Positions 28,801 through 43,800 of a DNA stretch of 64,000 bases are shown one piece after another; positions within the stretch are counted from its first letter, which is position 1; every line of letters starts with the position of its first letter. The DNA comes from Podarcis liolepis (Eukaryota): NCBI GenBank assembly GCA_965112155.1, contig OZ218100.1; one strand, given 5' to 3'. The notes below the pieces were generated by a model, which saw only the letters and a program-made list of their open reading frames with translations, was not told where the DNA came from and ran no database searches. Made by a program: the position numbers and the translations under genes.

Positions 28801-31800
28801 GTTCTTCTTTGAAACAGATAGTGAATGTAAGGGCTAGTTTGAAATGCGCTGTTCAAAGGAATACTTTGGGTATAGATGTCTTAAATCAGAAACTGCACAT
28901 TTATGNNNNNNNNNNNNNNNNNNNNNNNNNNNNNNNNNNNNNNNNNNNNNNNNNNNNNNNNNNNNNNNNNNNNNNNNNNNNNNNNNNNNNNNNNNNNNNN
29001 NNNNNNNNNNNNNNNNNNNNNNNNNNNNNNNNNNNNNNNCTGGTTTGGGAAATATTTCCTCAAACCATATTGACTGGTGATCCAGTCATGTATGGGTTTT
29101 CCTGAAGCGGGGGGGGGGGGGGTTCTTTCCCTCTCACATTTGACACAGTTCAAGTTAAACATTTCTGGTTTTTTGTGGTAAATATTCTTACTTGATTGTC
29201 TTTGATGCTCTATGAGACTGTAATCTGATATCAGTGAGATTTACTGCTGAGTGAAACATATTCAGCTGTATTGTCAGATGTTCTAAAGAAGGACATCCAG
29301 TTCATTGAAACAAAAGATGGGCAGGGAGGCGTTTTCTGGGCCCATATTTAAACTACAAACACCTGTACAGCCCTAATTTAATGAAAAGCTACTATACATT
29401 TGCCATTATGTATTCTGCTGGATCTTGTTCACAAACCAAATTATTCAATCAAATAATGTTTTAACTGTCTGCTGAAATGGTTATATTGCATGGCTTGCTG
29501 GTAGCTAAAACTCATAAGCTGGGTTTTGTCACAGTTTTCTCTAGAATGGAACATGGTTGTATTTTACCAGTTCTTAGGTTATGCCTGACTGTGTATGTGC
29601 ATCCATGCCCATGAGTGGATATATGCATGCATGTTCAGACTCATCATCTTTGTACATGTTTGCACTAGGGTGTGACATACACTCTGCAGATGTTGATTGT
29701 GTGGGGTGCTTTCAAGAAGTAAAGGAGCAAAGTAATGTTTCTATAAGAAAGTAGGCAACTTTCTCTAAAATGGTTAAAAATAGATCCTATCCTTGGCTGT
29801 AATTACAAGGGCTGAGCCAGTTTGCCTCCTTGGATTTATTGCCATCCTTGGGACTATAGGGACTGAGGTCCTGTTGTCCCAATGCCACCATTGCCTCCCA
29901 TAGGTTTCAGCTTGGACTGAAATGAAATGGGTAGAAGCATTGGATGTAAGAATGAAATAAATAAGGCAAATAAATGCCAGGATATTTTATTTATGACTGC
30001 TGTTGGGATTCTAGGAATTGAGCTCCAAGACCTGCAGAAAAAAATAGACAATCTTCATAGTCCCTCAGATCCGAAGAAAGTGGCCCAGATGCTGAGCATG
30101 CAGAGAGAAGTTACACTTCTGCAATTTGAGGCAGCTGTTAGACATTCTGTGCGGTAAGAGATTAGCATAGTTCAAAAATAAGGATGTTGATTCAAGTTGG
30201 GAGAAATGTCCAAAGGAAGGATCTGGCAGGTGTTTTCTTTAAGGCTGAAACTACACATTATGAGAAGTTGTATATCACTTTCCCCTGACTCTTTAAATTT
30301 CTTTTAACCAAAAGCTGTCATATGAAGCTGTGGATTTAAATAGAGGAGGGGAGATGCACAGAGGCTGCCTATTCCCCACCCCACCCCAGCCATTTGCCCC
30401 ACTCGAAAGTAGCTCCTTGCCGTTTTCCCATTTATTTGAGAAAACATACAAGTCCCACTATCTTTTCCCCTGCCAGCTAAAAAGCAGCTGGGGGCAGAGG
30501 CAAATTTGTTGAGGACAAAAATGGCAGTGAAAAAGAGTTACGCAACCTATCTTTCTCCCCTGCCCCATCATTCCTTCATTTAAATTTGCAGCTTCTTGAG
30601 TTTGCTTTTAGTTGTCTTTTATATATATATTAGCTGGTGAAAGTTGCACATGATTGTGTGTTTGTGTGTTTCAGCCTGTGATTCCAAAACTTATAATAGC
30701 AGCGCCACCTGCAAAACACCTGTTGTTTTGCTTTTATTGGAAACCTTTCCGAAAAACGAATTCTAAAAATAGCAGGTTTCGGTATTGTGCACCAAAGCCA
30801 CCTTTAAAATTTCTGATCATGGGAGATGTACATCTAGCAGTATTTTAAACACTGATTAATCTCAAGAAGATATATAATAGATATTTAAATGAAATTAATG
30901 TTTTCTTTGTTCATTTCCATGTGTTGCAAAAAGGTGTTGCATTTCTGTGTTTTTGTAGAACCCTGTGCTGTAATAAGCAGGGACATGGGTGGTGCTGTGG
31001 GCTAAACCACAGAGCCTAGGACTTACCGATCAGAAAGTTGGCGGTTCGAATCCCCGCGATGGGGTGAGCTCCCGTTGCTCGGTCCCTGCTCATGCCAACC
31101 TAGCAGTTCGAAAGCACGTCAAAGTGCAAGTAGATAAATAGGTACCGCTCCAGCGGTAAGGTAAACGGCGTTTCCGTGAGCTGCTCTGGTTCGCCAGAAG
31201 CGGCTTAGTCATGCTGGCCACATGACCCGGAAGCTGTATACGCCGGCTCCCTTGGCCAATAAAGCGAGATGAGCGCCGCAACCCTAGAGTCGGTCACAAC
31301 TGGACCTAATGGTCAGGGGTCCCTTTACCTTTTATGCTGTAATACATAGATTTAAGATAGTTGGTTATTCAGATTATTTAATCTGCACATTAGCTAATAA
31401 GAAGTTTTAAAATAATATAGCAGCCTTCATAATCAGGTCCCCTCTAGAAGTTTTGGATTACAGTTGCCATCGATCCCAGCCAGCATGTCCATACCTGAAG
31501 GGAGAACTTGCATGTCTACCCTGTGGTGAAATGTGTGTGAGTTCCAAATGCACATAGGTTAAGAGCCGGAGTAAACTCTCAACAGTGAGAGAGTGCAGTG
31601 GGTTTGCTTGCTTTCTCCATCTTGAATCACAGAGTTGGAAGGAACCCTGAGGCTCATCTAGGGGTTGGGAGAGTTATTGAATTCTACCAGAAATGCTACA
31701 TTGATTGCTATTGCTCAGGGGCATATTTATACAAGAGGCGTAGGAATGATGGGAGTCATAGTTCTATGAGGAATAGATCTCAAGCAGAGAATTCTCAGCA

Positions 31801-34800
31801 TCCTTTCCTGATCTCAGATTTCCTGATTTCCAGGATTTGGGGGAAGAAAACCATAACAGTTAAACTGGCCTAAAACCTCTCTTCAAAAAGCAGGGCTTCT
31901 CACTAAAGGGCAAATCTCATGTCACTTTCAAGCGAAGTACATCGTCATGCTAATTTTCTAAATTATGGATGTATGGAGCAGTTTGAAAATAAGTACATGT
32001 TAAAATCAGACCTTTTTTAAAAACAAAAAACAAAACATTGATTAATAAATAGGAAATAATTTTATTGTATTTGCTTTTATAATGTATTTTTTTCCCGGTA
32101 ACCCTCCAGAGAAGCATTTTTATCATCTGGAAATGTTTCTGCCTATCAGAGCATTACGGATCACATTTACCATGGGTTGCCTCCCATAAGTAACACCATT
32201 GTTGGAAGTGCCTTTGCTTCCCAGCTCCGGCTTCCACAGCCCCTAGATCCACATGGCCACAGAGTGAGTAAAATAGTCTTCCAAAGATTCCTCTTCCTTA
32301 ACTGTTTCCTTCTCTTTTGTACCATTGTTAGCTGTGCAATCAGCACAGGGCTATATGTATGTGTCTCTTTGTTGAAAAAGCCAAGATGTCTCCTTGGGGT
32401 ATTTTCTCAAAATACAAAAGGTTTCATCACAACAGTCTCCAGGTTTTTTTAGCCGTTTCTCTTTTCGCCAGTCCACCAGCAGTGGCATAACTTGATGTCA
32501 AAATTTGAGCCTTTTGAGTCTCTTGCATCCTAAATCTCATGATGGCTTAGGACCTAAAGCACTTGCTTCACCTCCTTATGGCAGCCAATGGTCTCTTCTC
32601 TTACTTGGGTGGTTCCCTGCTTGTGGTAGGCAGGTGGCCCAACTCTTTTGCTGTGTGGCACAATCTGTGGTCTTAACTGCCATCACAAGACAGCACAGTG
32701 TGGATAGCATGCAAAGGTGCAGTTTTTGCACAGAGTCAAGCCTGGTGGCTCATTAACTGCAAACTAGCAGCTGCTGTGGGCACAGGACAGAATTGGCTGC
32801 CAAAAGCAGATCACTGCTGTGCACTGCCCCTGGATCAACTGATATCTTGGGTCTAACTATATTAATGATATAATTAGCAATCATATTGTGGGCTTTTAAA
32901 AATTAAATACCAGGTGCATGGAGGGTGGGAGGGCAGAGAATGTCATCATTGGCATCACAGCCTATAGGGAGAGGGCTTTAAGTCTTCCCTCCCCAACTGC
33001 AATTTCAGTAAAAATTCACCTTCCCCGCACATTGCAGCTAGCATTATTAGGAAAATACATCTTGTTTATGTCAATGCAAGTTTTCTCCTAATACTATTTG
33101 CTGTATGGGGGGGGGGGTGGATTTGAGAAAGGCTTAAGCCTCCCCATGTATTGCTATGCATATACAGTGGTACCTCGGGTTAAGTACTTAATTCGTTTCG
33201 GAGGTCCGTTCTTAACCTGAAACTATTCTTAACCAGAATTACCTCTTTAGCTAATGGGGCCTCCCACTGCTGCCACGCTGCCGGAGCACAATTTTTGTTC
33301 TCATCCTGAAGCAAAGTTCATAACCCGAGGTACCACTGTAACGTTTTCCCCCCTCCAGCTTTTCTCTGATCTGGTATTTAGAGTTGCATCCAGTGAAGTT
33401 ACAGTGGTACCTCAGGTTACAGACACCTTGGGTTACAGGTTACAGATTCCACTAACCAAGAAATAGTACCTGTAAGCACTGAGCAGCTGTTGGCTAGTTC
33501 CATCAGGTCCTACAGGGGTCTTCTTTTGTACCTGGCTTGATTTCAAGCTGAACCGTAACGGATAAAAGGAAAGAATGGGGGCAGGATTTGGTGAAATTGG
33601 GTAGCCTTACTGCCACTTTCTGCCTAGCAGAGAAAGGTGCATACTGTTAGTGAAACTGCATTTTAGGATATTTGGTTTCAGTGGCGTAGCGTGGGGGGTG
33701 CCAGGGGTGCCAGCCGCACCGGGCGCAACTTCTGGGGGGGGCGCGCTCGCTGCCTCCGGACTCGCCGAAGAGCCTCCGGCGCAGGCTGTAGCAGAGCCCC
33801 ATGTCTCGTGGAACTGACGAGCTGTGCGCGCGCCTGGGCTGAAGGCGCCCGGCAGGCAGCGGCTCTCAGCGCTCCGCTCGCCGCGGAGGACGCGCCAGGC
33901 AGCCCCTCCTCACAGCCCCGCCTCCGCCGCTGCTGCTGCAGCTGCTGGGCCATTTTGCATTTTCCTCGCCTCTCTGCCCCCCTCCTCCTCCGGGCAAGCG
34001 GCGTGGTTTGGGCGGCAGCGCCAGCGGCAACTCGCCTCAGATCGGCAGGTTAGGGGGGGCGCAAATTACTTGCCTTGCCCCGGGTTAGGGGGCGCAAATT
34101 ACTTGCCTTGCCCCGGGTGCTGACAACTCACGCTACGCCGCTGTTTGGTTTATATGTGCTTGTAGCTTAATATTACATTTTTAAGTTGCAACTCTTTGTT
34201 TTTAGGCAGTGTTGTTGTTCCCATGGAGAACATTCCTAGCAAACACAGGTCCATTTCCTGTTATTATCAGCAACCTAGACCCCATAAACTATAATATGCA
34301 GGTATGGTACTCTTATTACCGCTAAGGTGCATATAAAATTCAACTGGGGGCTTCCATCCCTACTCACCAACCCAACTTAGAATTGTTTTTATGTGCAGTT
34401 GTCCTTAACCAATTTTATATATGTATCCTTAATATATGTCATTATATTGTAAATTGCTTTGAGGTGCCTCGTCATGGGAAGCGATTCATTCATTCATAAA
34501 TAAGTAAATAAATAAAGTATTTTGCAAGTAAAAAATGACTGACTGACCTTTCTAGCTATGTCTGTGTGGACTGAACGATGAGGATCGAAAAGTAGTCCAT
34601 GGGGAGCTGGTCGAGATGCAGCTTGCAATGGAGGATGTACTCTGGAGTAATTATGAGGGTCTGAATGGTCATGGAGAACAGAGAGCATCTTTTGGAAAGG
34701 TAAATTAGAGACAGCAACTCACTGACATCTGGCACCATCTTTGCATGAACAGTTCAGTTTAACTAATGTGGTTTTTATTCCTTTTTTTTGTAAAAAGATC

Positions 34801-37800
34801 TAGTCAGGTTTCAAGTTAAACAAAATCACATGGTTGCAGCGCTTGCTGGAATGTAGCATGTTAGAAGATATTATATATTAGTATTGTGTACTACTTACTG
34901 TATATATGAATACAAAACCTCTGCATGTAAACTGGCAAGCGTGTCTGGCAGAAGTGACTTACACAAGTGGCACAGTAGATGACTGAGCCAATCAGAATGC
35001 TAACAAATGTGGTGTACAGTTTTGTATCTCTTGAGGTTCTTCTCTTTATCAATGTGAGTAGTATGAGGTGATGCAGCTTTTGTGTCTAGAACATCTGCTC
35101 TGCTACATTTTCTCTGCCTGCAACACTGGCAACACTAGTTAACACTGTAATGCAGCCTTGCCTGTCACTGTACAGTTATTCGGTCTCTCTAATCCTCCCT
35201 CACATATACGCAGAGAAGTCCAATCTCCCTTCAATTCACTTAGTATGGAATGGTTTTTGTGTAGGAGAAGCAGAAAGGATAGCTTCCAGCCCTTCTGCCA
35301 GCTTCTGAGGGCATGGCTGGCTTGTGAGTGGCTGATCAAAAGCCACCTGTCAATCAGAGCACACCTGGGTCAAGAGATGATTGTAACCAACAGACCTTTG
35401 TTCTCCATACTCCATCTGACTTTCAGTGCTGCTACGTCATGTGTGAGGAGACCAGAAGCAGCTACAGCAGGATAGATACAACTGAACTAAAATGGTTTTC
35501 TTAATTTTCTTAAAAGCACCATTCTGCCTCTTCCCTTTGTCATCCTAACTTTTATTCTTAATTAACTTATTAATATTGACTGTTCAGTTTGTGTAGGCAT
35601 TTCTGCCAGGCTCAATTATTTCTTCCTCCTGTGCCTAGACCATTTGGCTTCATGCTTCACATGCATTTATAAGTGGGATTTGACAGAGAAAAATAAGCTA
35701 CCTTGGGCTCTGGTGAGAGACCAGGAAGCTGGGTGCTTTCTCTCTGTTTCTCCTCATATAAATATTTACCTTGGACCCTCAGGTTTCATATTCCCCACCC
35801 CCAGATTGGATGGCATGTAAGGAAAGTGTGGTAGGTATCTACTTGAGAGTCCCTAGCATGGCTAGCCTATCCAGACTGGCAGTCATGGCAGGAAGAGAGA
35901 GTAAAAGTCTTCCCTGCCATTATAAATGTATTCTGGCTTTAAGCTTCTCTGTCTGACGCTTTCCCCACAATGATTTTAGCAGAATTTGGCAATGACAACT
36001 GAAGCAAGTGGAAAGACTTCAAAAGCACTGTTGGAGCTGCCTGATTCTGTGGCTTCAAGTTCCTTGCAGAAATCTTACCTGATACTGTGGAAGCAACTGG
36101 AAATTTTAAAAGCAGAATGGGGGAGGCTTAAATTAAAAGCTGATGATATCAACACAGTTCTTCTATACAAGCAATTTACTGAACAATATGGGTAAGTTCC
36201 ATTTCCATGTAATAGATTTTGGAGTGAAGGTTAATCATCAACAGTGCAGACAACAAAGTAAAGAAAGAAACAGTACTCAGTGCTTTTTTGTTTTCCTGGG
36301 TTTTTCTTGCTCTTTTATTATAAATTTGATTTCATTTTCAACAGTTAAAACTAGATTACTAGGAAACACGGCATTTCAAAATCTTGTCTATAAAAAAGTG
36401 GGGTGGGATGGAAAGGAAAATAAAGTGGAAAAGGGCTTTCTTTTCCTTGGCTTTCTCCACTGAAATCAGAAACCAACCACAGAGTGTTTAATAAGGCACA
36501 AGGATGCAGGAACCTGCCCCACCCACCCTGCCCATGGTACATTGTGATGACTAAGTTACTGTATAATGTGATTCATAAGGAAAGCATTTTACTTGTATTC
36601 CAGTCATCCTCAACAACCTTATGAGTGGCAAGAGAGTTACTTTCTTGCTTGCAATCAGCCAGTTAGAAATGTGATCTGTGAGGCTTGTGGTCTCACACAC
36701 AGTGTAGATGATCAGTTGTAGGTTTCCTGATGGTTGGTGAGGGACAAAGGACCATTTTATCAGTCCAGTTAGATCCCATCTCACACTTGCCAGGTAAATC
36801 TTTTAACTCCTTTAGGGAAATTGCGAGGAGATGGCTGACACGGGATCAGGGAAGTGGCTGTCTTGACAATGTATCACTAGGATTTCTTGATTTTCCTGCC
36901 AAACAGGATTCAATTAGGTGCTTTTTGAGTGTTTAGGAAAAGGAACATGCCTTATTCTGGAGGCATAATTTAGTCAGAAGTTCAGATTTTGCCACATTCC
37001 CAACATGGAATTCGCCTTCTTCACTTTACACTTACACTGCCCATTTACCCAGTTTGGAGAGATTCTTCACAATTCCTTTCTGTTCTAACACCCTTGAAAA
37101 AAAATTGTATTTTCATTAAACCTGGCTACCTCAATCACAATGAGTCTCAATCCTTTATGAACAAGTTTAAAGGCACATAGAAAATTGTAATATTGAGGGC
37201 ATGCTAGAAACCAATGCAAAATAAATGGAAAACATTAAACAAGAGAAATTAAGCATGTACAATGTCTGTATCTCTGCATTTGTCTAGTACTGAAGTTCTG
37301 TATCCTGCTATGAGAAGCATGGCTATACATATGGGTATAGAAGATGATCTTGAAGGATTTGGATTGACATATCACTCTATTCTGCCCCCTAAAGATGCTT
37401 CAGAAACTGAGATAAAAACACACCAGGTAAAACATAGCTAACGGGCAAGCAGAATACAAAAAGAGAATGATTTTATACTTTTTAAAATTGTAGTAAAATA
37501 TAGTTTCTGTGGTACATTAGAATCCCATACATTAGAATCCTTCCCAGCAGCTTAAGATAGTACAAATGCTGTGAGTTGTCTGTCCATATTTTACTTGTTG
37601 CAAACAAATCCTTAACATGACTATGCTCCCTACATAATGGCTGACTAAGCCTCCACCGCCCTACACACACACACACACACACACACCCTGATCTTGCACA
37701 CACAGGTAACCTGAATAGTGTCTGCAGGCTGAAGAAGCTACCTTAACAGTGTTCTTCAAGCAGAAGTTTTGTATCTGGCTCTGAAGCTGTTTGGAAAGTT

Positions 37801-40800
37801 TGGAGAGGCATATACGATAGTGGCTTGTGCTCCTGGCAAATGGTTCAGATAACCTTAGACAACATGGCCCACCAAACCAAATGCCTCTCAGCAGGTATTT
37901 GTTGGAAACATGCTTATACCAAATAAAACTATTGCTCCAGCCATTGCTTACACAGTATTGTTTACACAGCCTGGCAGTGACTCTGCCTCTGAGCTGAAAT
38001 GTTTAGTGACTTGCTTGGGGCTTGATAACTGTCCTGTTTTTCCTGTCCCCACCAAGCAGCAAAAAACCAGAAAGTTTATACATTCATCAGGTCAAAAGGC
38101 CTGAGTCAACCTTTTTGACAGGTCAGTCCTCAGCTCACAGTACCTCTAGCATTGCTCCTGATGCTCTCTGACAATAACTATCAAAATATTGTTTGTATAA
38201 AAATGTACTTTTGCTAGGTTTATGATTTTTTAAAGCTGTCACTTGATTAAAGAAATCTGGCAATTAATCAAATTAATTTTCATAGTTTAATCAATTAAAT
38301 ACACATAAATAAGTCATTGTTTTGAAGAAAAAGCATACTGTTTTAATATAGTGCATGCAAATGTTGTACCACTGTAGATGTGCGCTTTCCTATTACTTGA
38401 GAGCACAGGGAGACTGCCTCTTCCAAGACAGACTTGCAGTCTCATAAGTACTATCATTTTAAAAACAATACACTTTAAAATAGGTGTTGTCTATTTAATT
38501 CAGATCCCATTTTAGTCTATTTTAAAATACATTAAGGTGATTGATTTAAAATTTTAACCCCTTGATCAATTAATGATTGTAGGCCTTAAAAATGATTAAA
38601 GCTGCTGCTGCCTCATTTAGAGTTTGGCCTTTACTTTGTCATTTTAGGAAGTCTAAAGTGACCATATACTTTCTGAAGAAACATGGCTTCTGAAGGTTAA
38701 ATGAAGATATAGTTAAAAGCAAGCTAGTTTTTTCTGCTTTTTTATCCTAGCTGCAAAAACTCTTGGAAAGTCTAGAAATACATATGATCCGTGATGTACA
38801 AAAGAAAGTTAACAAAGAAATAACGCTGGTTATATCTGAAAAAACAAGAGAAGAAAGAAACCTCTCTACAGGTAACGACTGAACCCATCTTGCATCTAGC
38901 TTCTACTCCGAGTTCTGTTTTGACGGGGGGGGGGGAGTGAGAAACAACACCCAGTAGTTGCTTGTGTACATACCACAGTCACTATGTCAGCACCACCCTG
39001 AATTTCTCCATATATCATCTGTCTTTGGTGGTTAGCCATGACCCACATAATACTTTCTTCAAAGTACTTCAACTAAGGAGTCATGGAGAAAGTTGCCACA
39101 CTAAAAAACACTAAAGCTGGTCACTTGGAGATGCTTTCTTCAAACAGCAAGTGTAAAGAGGCCTCTGCATATACAGTGGTACCTCGGGTTAAGTACTTAA
39201 TTCGTTCCAGAGGTCTGTACTTAACCTGAAACTGTTCTTAACCTGAACACCACTTTAGCTAATGGGGCCTCCTGCTGCTGCCGCGCCGCCGGAGCACAAT
39301 TTCTGTTCTCATCCTGAAGCAAAGTTCTTAACCTGAAGCACTATTTCTGGGTTAGCAGAGTCTGTAACCTGAAGCGTATGTAACCTGAAGTGTATGCATC
39401 CTGAAGCATATGTAACTCGAGGTACCACTGTATTCAGCAGCCCACATTTGTGTTGTGTTAAGCCAGAGGTAACCAACACTCTGTCCTCCAGACATTGTTT
39501 CATGTCCTTCTCATTCCACTTTTATCAGCATGTGGGATACATCACTCTTGCTGCACCTGCAGGTTTTCTTTTTCCTTACAGAACAGTGGGACTTGTGCTC
39601 TGTCAAAGAGCACGACGTACGTCGATAATAATGATAATGATTATGATAACATCATTAGTCACATTCAGGCACCCTTTGTCTGCCTGCAATTATGATCTTC
39701 TGTGCTCCTGCACATTTGGGTTTCTTTATATTAAAAAAAAAAGTAGCAGAGTAGGACTTGTGCTCCATAAAAAAGCCTGTCACATCGCAGTGTTAGTCAT
39801 ACTCAAGGTAGACTGAGGCTTCCATATTTTATTACTCTGAAGATTGAAGAAAAAGACCCCCCAACCACCCACAAACAAAAACTTGTTGTTTCAGAGCTCT
39901 GGAAACATCATGGCATGCAAGAAATCTTCTCTGTCACAAGGCCAGAAATTGTTGAATCATTTGTACAGAAGCTAATGGAAAATCACCAAGAAACTGATGC
40001 AGAGGTACATAAATTGTTTTTCTTTTCCAGTGATTGAAATCTCGTGGGGCAAAATAACTGCATAACTTAGGTTTTTCTTGCTGAAATATGTGCTGCGCTA
40101 CAGGCATCTTCTGCTAGAGATAAGTACTGTCAGTCATATCTAAGTCATACTGAAAGGAGACCCATTGAAATCAGTGGACTTAAGTTAGTTGTCACTATGA
40201 TTGAGTCTGTTTAAGCATGTTCTCCAGTTTTCATATTCCAAATTATTTTGCTGGACCCAGGGCACACACTTTCCTGGAAATGCTGTTTTTACATCCTCCA
40301 TGGGCACAAGCTGTGTTTATCCCATGGTTAAGGAGAAAGTTCTCTTGTATATTTTTAAATTTAAATATTTCACCATCTAGCCTAAGAAGATACATTTTAG
40401 AGCTGGGTCCTGCCTGGCAGAAATTATTAAACCTGGCTACTGAATCAAATAAATTATCCATCTAGCCTAGAATTAGCCAAAATGGCGTCCTCCCGTTGCT
40501 GTTTGAATGCAGTTCCCATCAGGCCCTGTCAGCATGGCCACTAGCCAATGGTTAGGCATGATGGGAGTTGTGGTCCAGCAACATCTGGGGGCATTGCATT
40601 GGCTACCCCTGATCTAGTTGATCCTGATTGGTGGAAGGTACTAAGGATCATTTTGGAGGTTTAGGCTGTCCTATGCATCATACCAGAAATCTTCAAGCAG
40701 AAATTCTGGTGACAGGACCTTGGATGTATGTGCTCTGGCACCAGTGAATAATGGAGGAACCAGTGGAAGTGAATAGATTTATCTGTGTGACCATCAGAAA

Positions 40801-43800
40801 AACCTGACAGTTTCATTTTTTGTTTCCCCCTCAGATAACCTTTCCGAAAGACCACTTACAAAAATGCTTCACTGCTCTGGGTTGTGATGTCATGGCCAGA
40901 GAACGCAGCAACTTTGAGACCTACTCCATGTTTTATGAAAATTTACTCCGTCAGCAACATCAGCTCCTCTATCAAAAAGAACAAGTATTCTCATACTGTT
41001 GATTGTGTTGGAAGAGGGGTCATGTACTGCATTTATTGCTCGGCCAAACAAGTAAAAAAATGGTTGATTGAGGCTTTTGATGGAGAAACCAAATGAAAAA
41101 TGCTTTTTCATTCTCTTTCAGGAAATGCATGCTGTAGAAGACAAGCGAGGAAATGCTGAGCTGGGTCTTAGTCAGGTTAGTAGCAGTAGTTTTATTGTTT
41201 ATTGTAACCTCAGGAATATCTCTCGGGGCCTGGCATCTTAATCCCCCCGTTACTCATTTTTGAGAAAACGAGTTATAGCATAGCATTTTTCTCACCTTTT
41301 GCTAGGTAGCAGAACTGAGTCATGAGATGATTATGGAAATGATGGCTCTGAGAGCTAGAATTGCTGATCTCCAAGGAGAAGCCCATGGCCTCAGAGATAA
41401 GATCAGGAAAGAAGTGCAAGAAGATTATGAAGCACTGGTGCAAAACATATTTATGATCTGTCTGCAACTAAAAGTAGGTACAGAAGTAAGACTTAATTGG
41501 ATACAGCCCATGACTTGGATTATATTGGAAATCACAAAGGCCATTTCCTTTGGATTCCTGTCCATAGATTTATATTCTAAGAAAGTTGTGTTTGTTATAG
41601 TGGCATGGTTTCTTGTTTTGGTTTGTACGTCTATGGATATACAAAGCCAGGACTCTATAGCCAGTCTCCTCTGCAACATCTGCCTGCTGGTTGTGTGAAT
41701 GTGATACCTAGAAGCAGTACCCTCATGACCTTTTCAGCATTTCTTTGATGCAGGTTTCTTTTGTGCAGTAACCTGTTAGTTATTGCAACGTATCTGGATA
41801 TATTTTTTTTTAATGGAGCACTTCCATTGCAGAAGAATCACCTTATTTCAGAAATAAATCATTTTGTTGCTGGAAAAATAATAATAATAATTATATTTTA
41901 AGGAAATCTTATGGAATTGCTTGCCTTCCTTTAAATTCATGTACATTACGTGGCATGTGCAGTTTATGGCTTCTTCTTGTGGTTGCAGGGAAGGGTGGAT
42001 GAATATCGTCTAAGCATGAGCCAACGCATGTTTGAGATCATCAGTGAGGTGAGAAGAGAAGGAGTGGACAAAATGATTGACTTGAAGAAAAAGTACGGCT
42101 CCACAAAAGATAACAAGACACTCAAAGAACATTTGGCTCAGGTAAGTTGATGTGTGAGAAATGTGGTTTTAAAGAATGTTTTCTAGAAAAGGAATTCATA
42201 GGCCCAATTAAAATTCCCAGTGCCAAAAGAACTTGGAAGAGCATGTTCTTGCTGTTGTGGAGACCCTCCTCCCATAGGAACCATTTGGGGCACAAAGGCC
42301 CCAGGGTCAGGCCCTCATCAGGTGATCTTTCTGAGCTGAGACAAGGGCTGGCATCTGCAAGGAACAGAGTGAGCACAGTAGAAGGATGTACCTCATTGGT
42401 GGAATGTTGTTCACCTATAGATATGCCTACAGGCAAGCTGCCCACTTTAATTGAACTGGTGGTCTTTTTTCCCCCCCATGGGCCTTTAAACATAGGGCTC
42501 ATTATAAGAGACGGCTTTAATGGATTTTCTTGTGTTATGGTTTATTTATTTATTACATTTGTAACCTGCCCTTCCTCCCAGAGGAACTGAGGGTAGTTAG
42601 CTGCTGTAGTGTAGCAGCGAAAGGAGTGAGCTATCAGACAGGAAGTTCCTAGTTTGCATCTCGCCTCTGTCATGAACTTCAGGCCAGCTACTCTCTCTCT
42701 TTCACCCTCACTTCCTCTCCACCTGCAGTACTGGGCACAGTAACACTGACTCATTTAACATTTGCATAATGAGTTCAAGTGTTCATAGCACTTCACATGT
42801 ATTATATGCCTATTATCCTTATAGTGACTCTGTTAAGTATTACTATAATGTTTATTATAATGAGCCTCGCTCGGCAAATCCAATGTTGGGTGGAATGTAG
42901 TTAAGCAGAGAAATAAATATGGTTTGGCTTAAAACAAAAGTTGTTTCTTTCCTAGAAAGTTCTGAAGCTGAAATGCACCTGTGCTTAAAATGGGCATTCT
43001 TATGTTTTTGAAGTGTTCTGTTTTATGATTTTAAAATCATAAAACAGAATCATAAAATCATAGGGTAGGTTGTAAATTTATATGTTGGTTCTTGCTCATC
43101 AAATCATTCATATGGACTCTTAGAGTTTTGCTTGTATGAGACCACACAGAGTAGCCAAGATGCTAACTGTTCAGATTATTGACTTTCTAAAAAAGCAGAT
43201 GTTCTGGAAGATAAATATAGTACAAATGGAGGAGAAAGCTTATATATCAGATTTAACCCAGAACTGGAGAAATAAAACCCATTATAGATACTTTGTGTGC
43301 GTCATTGTGGGCACAGCTGTAATGCAAAAATAAAAATTTCAGAGCTTAGCTCCATGTGATGATAAGCCAAAGCCACTGGTTTGCATAACAGCCACAGAGT
43401 GAATACTTTGATTTCAGATATGGGTGTGTTATCATGGATGCACACTTTAGTGACTTGAGTTTCTGCTGAGTGTTCACTTTCTTTTTTCACAAGTACAGAC
43501 TCTGATGCTTATTCTTAAAAGTGCATAGTCAAGCAGCTGCTGGAGCTTACCTTGACTAGAATTATCTGCCTTCTTAGCAGGGGCACCTGCAAGCACTACA
43601 GGACGAAAACAACCAGTTGAGAGTTCTGCTATGCAAACTGAAGGCGATGAGCTGCTGGAAAGAAACAGTGCAAAAAGCACGCTCATCTGCCACATTGAGA
43701 GAAATGGAGAAGGTGAGAGCCCCCCTCCCCAAAGCCTGTTGACATAAAGACATTCTACATAATTGAAATAAAGAGAATAATTTGTTCTTTAGTGAAAAGG

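Noticed and set aside
28713-29162. ORFs spanning the N run
   Set aside because: Artefacts of the assembly gap.
33678-34123. ORFs of 91-120 aa in a GC-rich block
   Set aside because: They lie wholly inside a TSD-flanked non-autonomous hAT element and have no transposase motifs.
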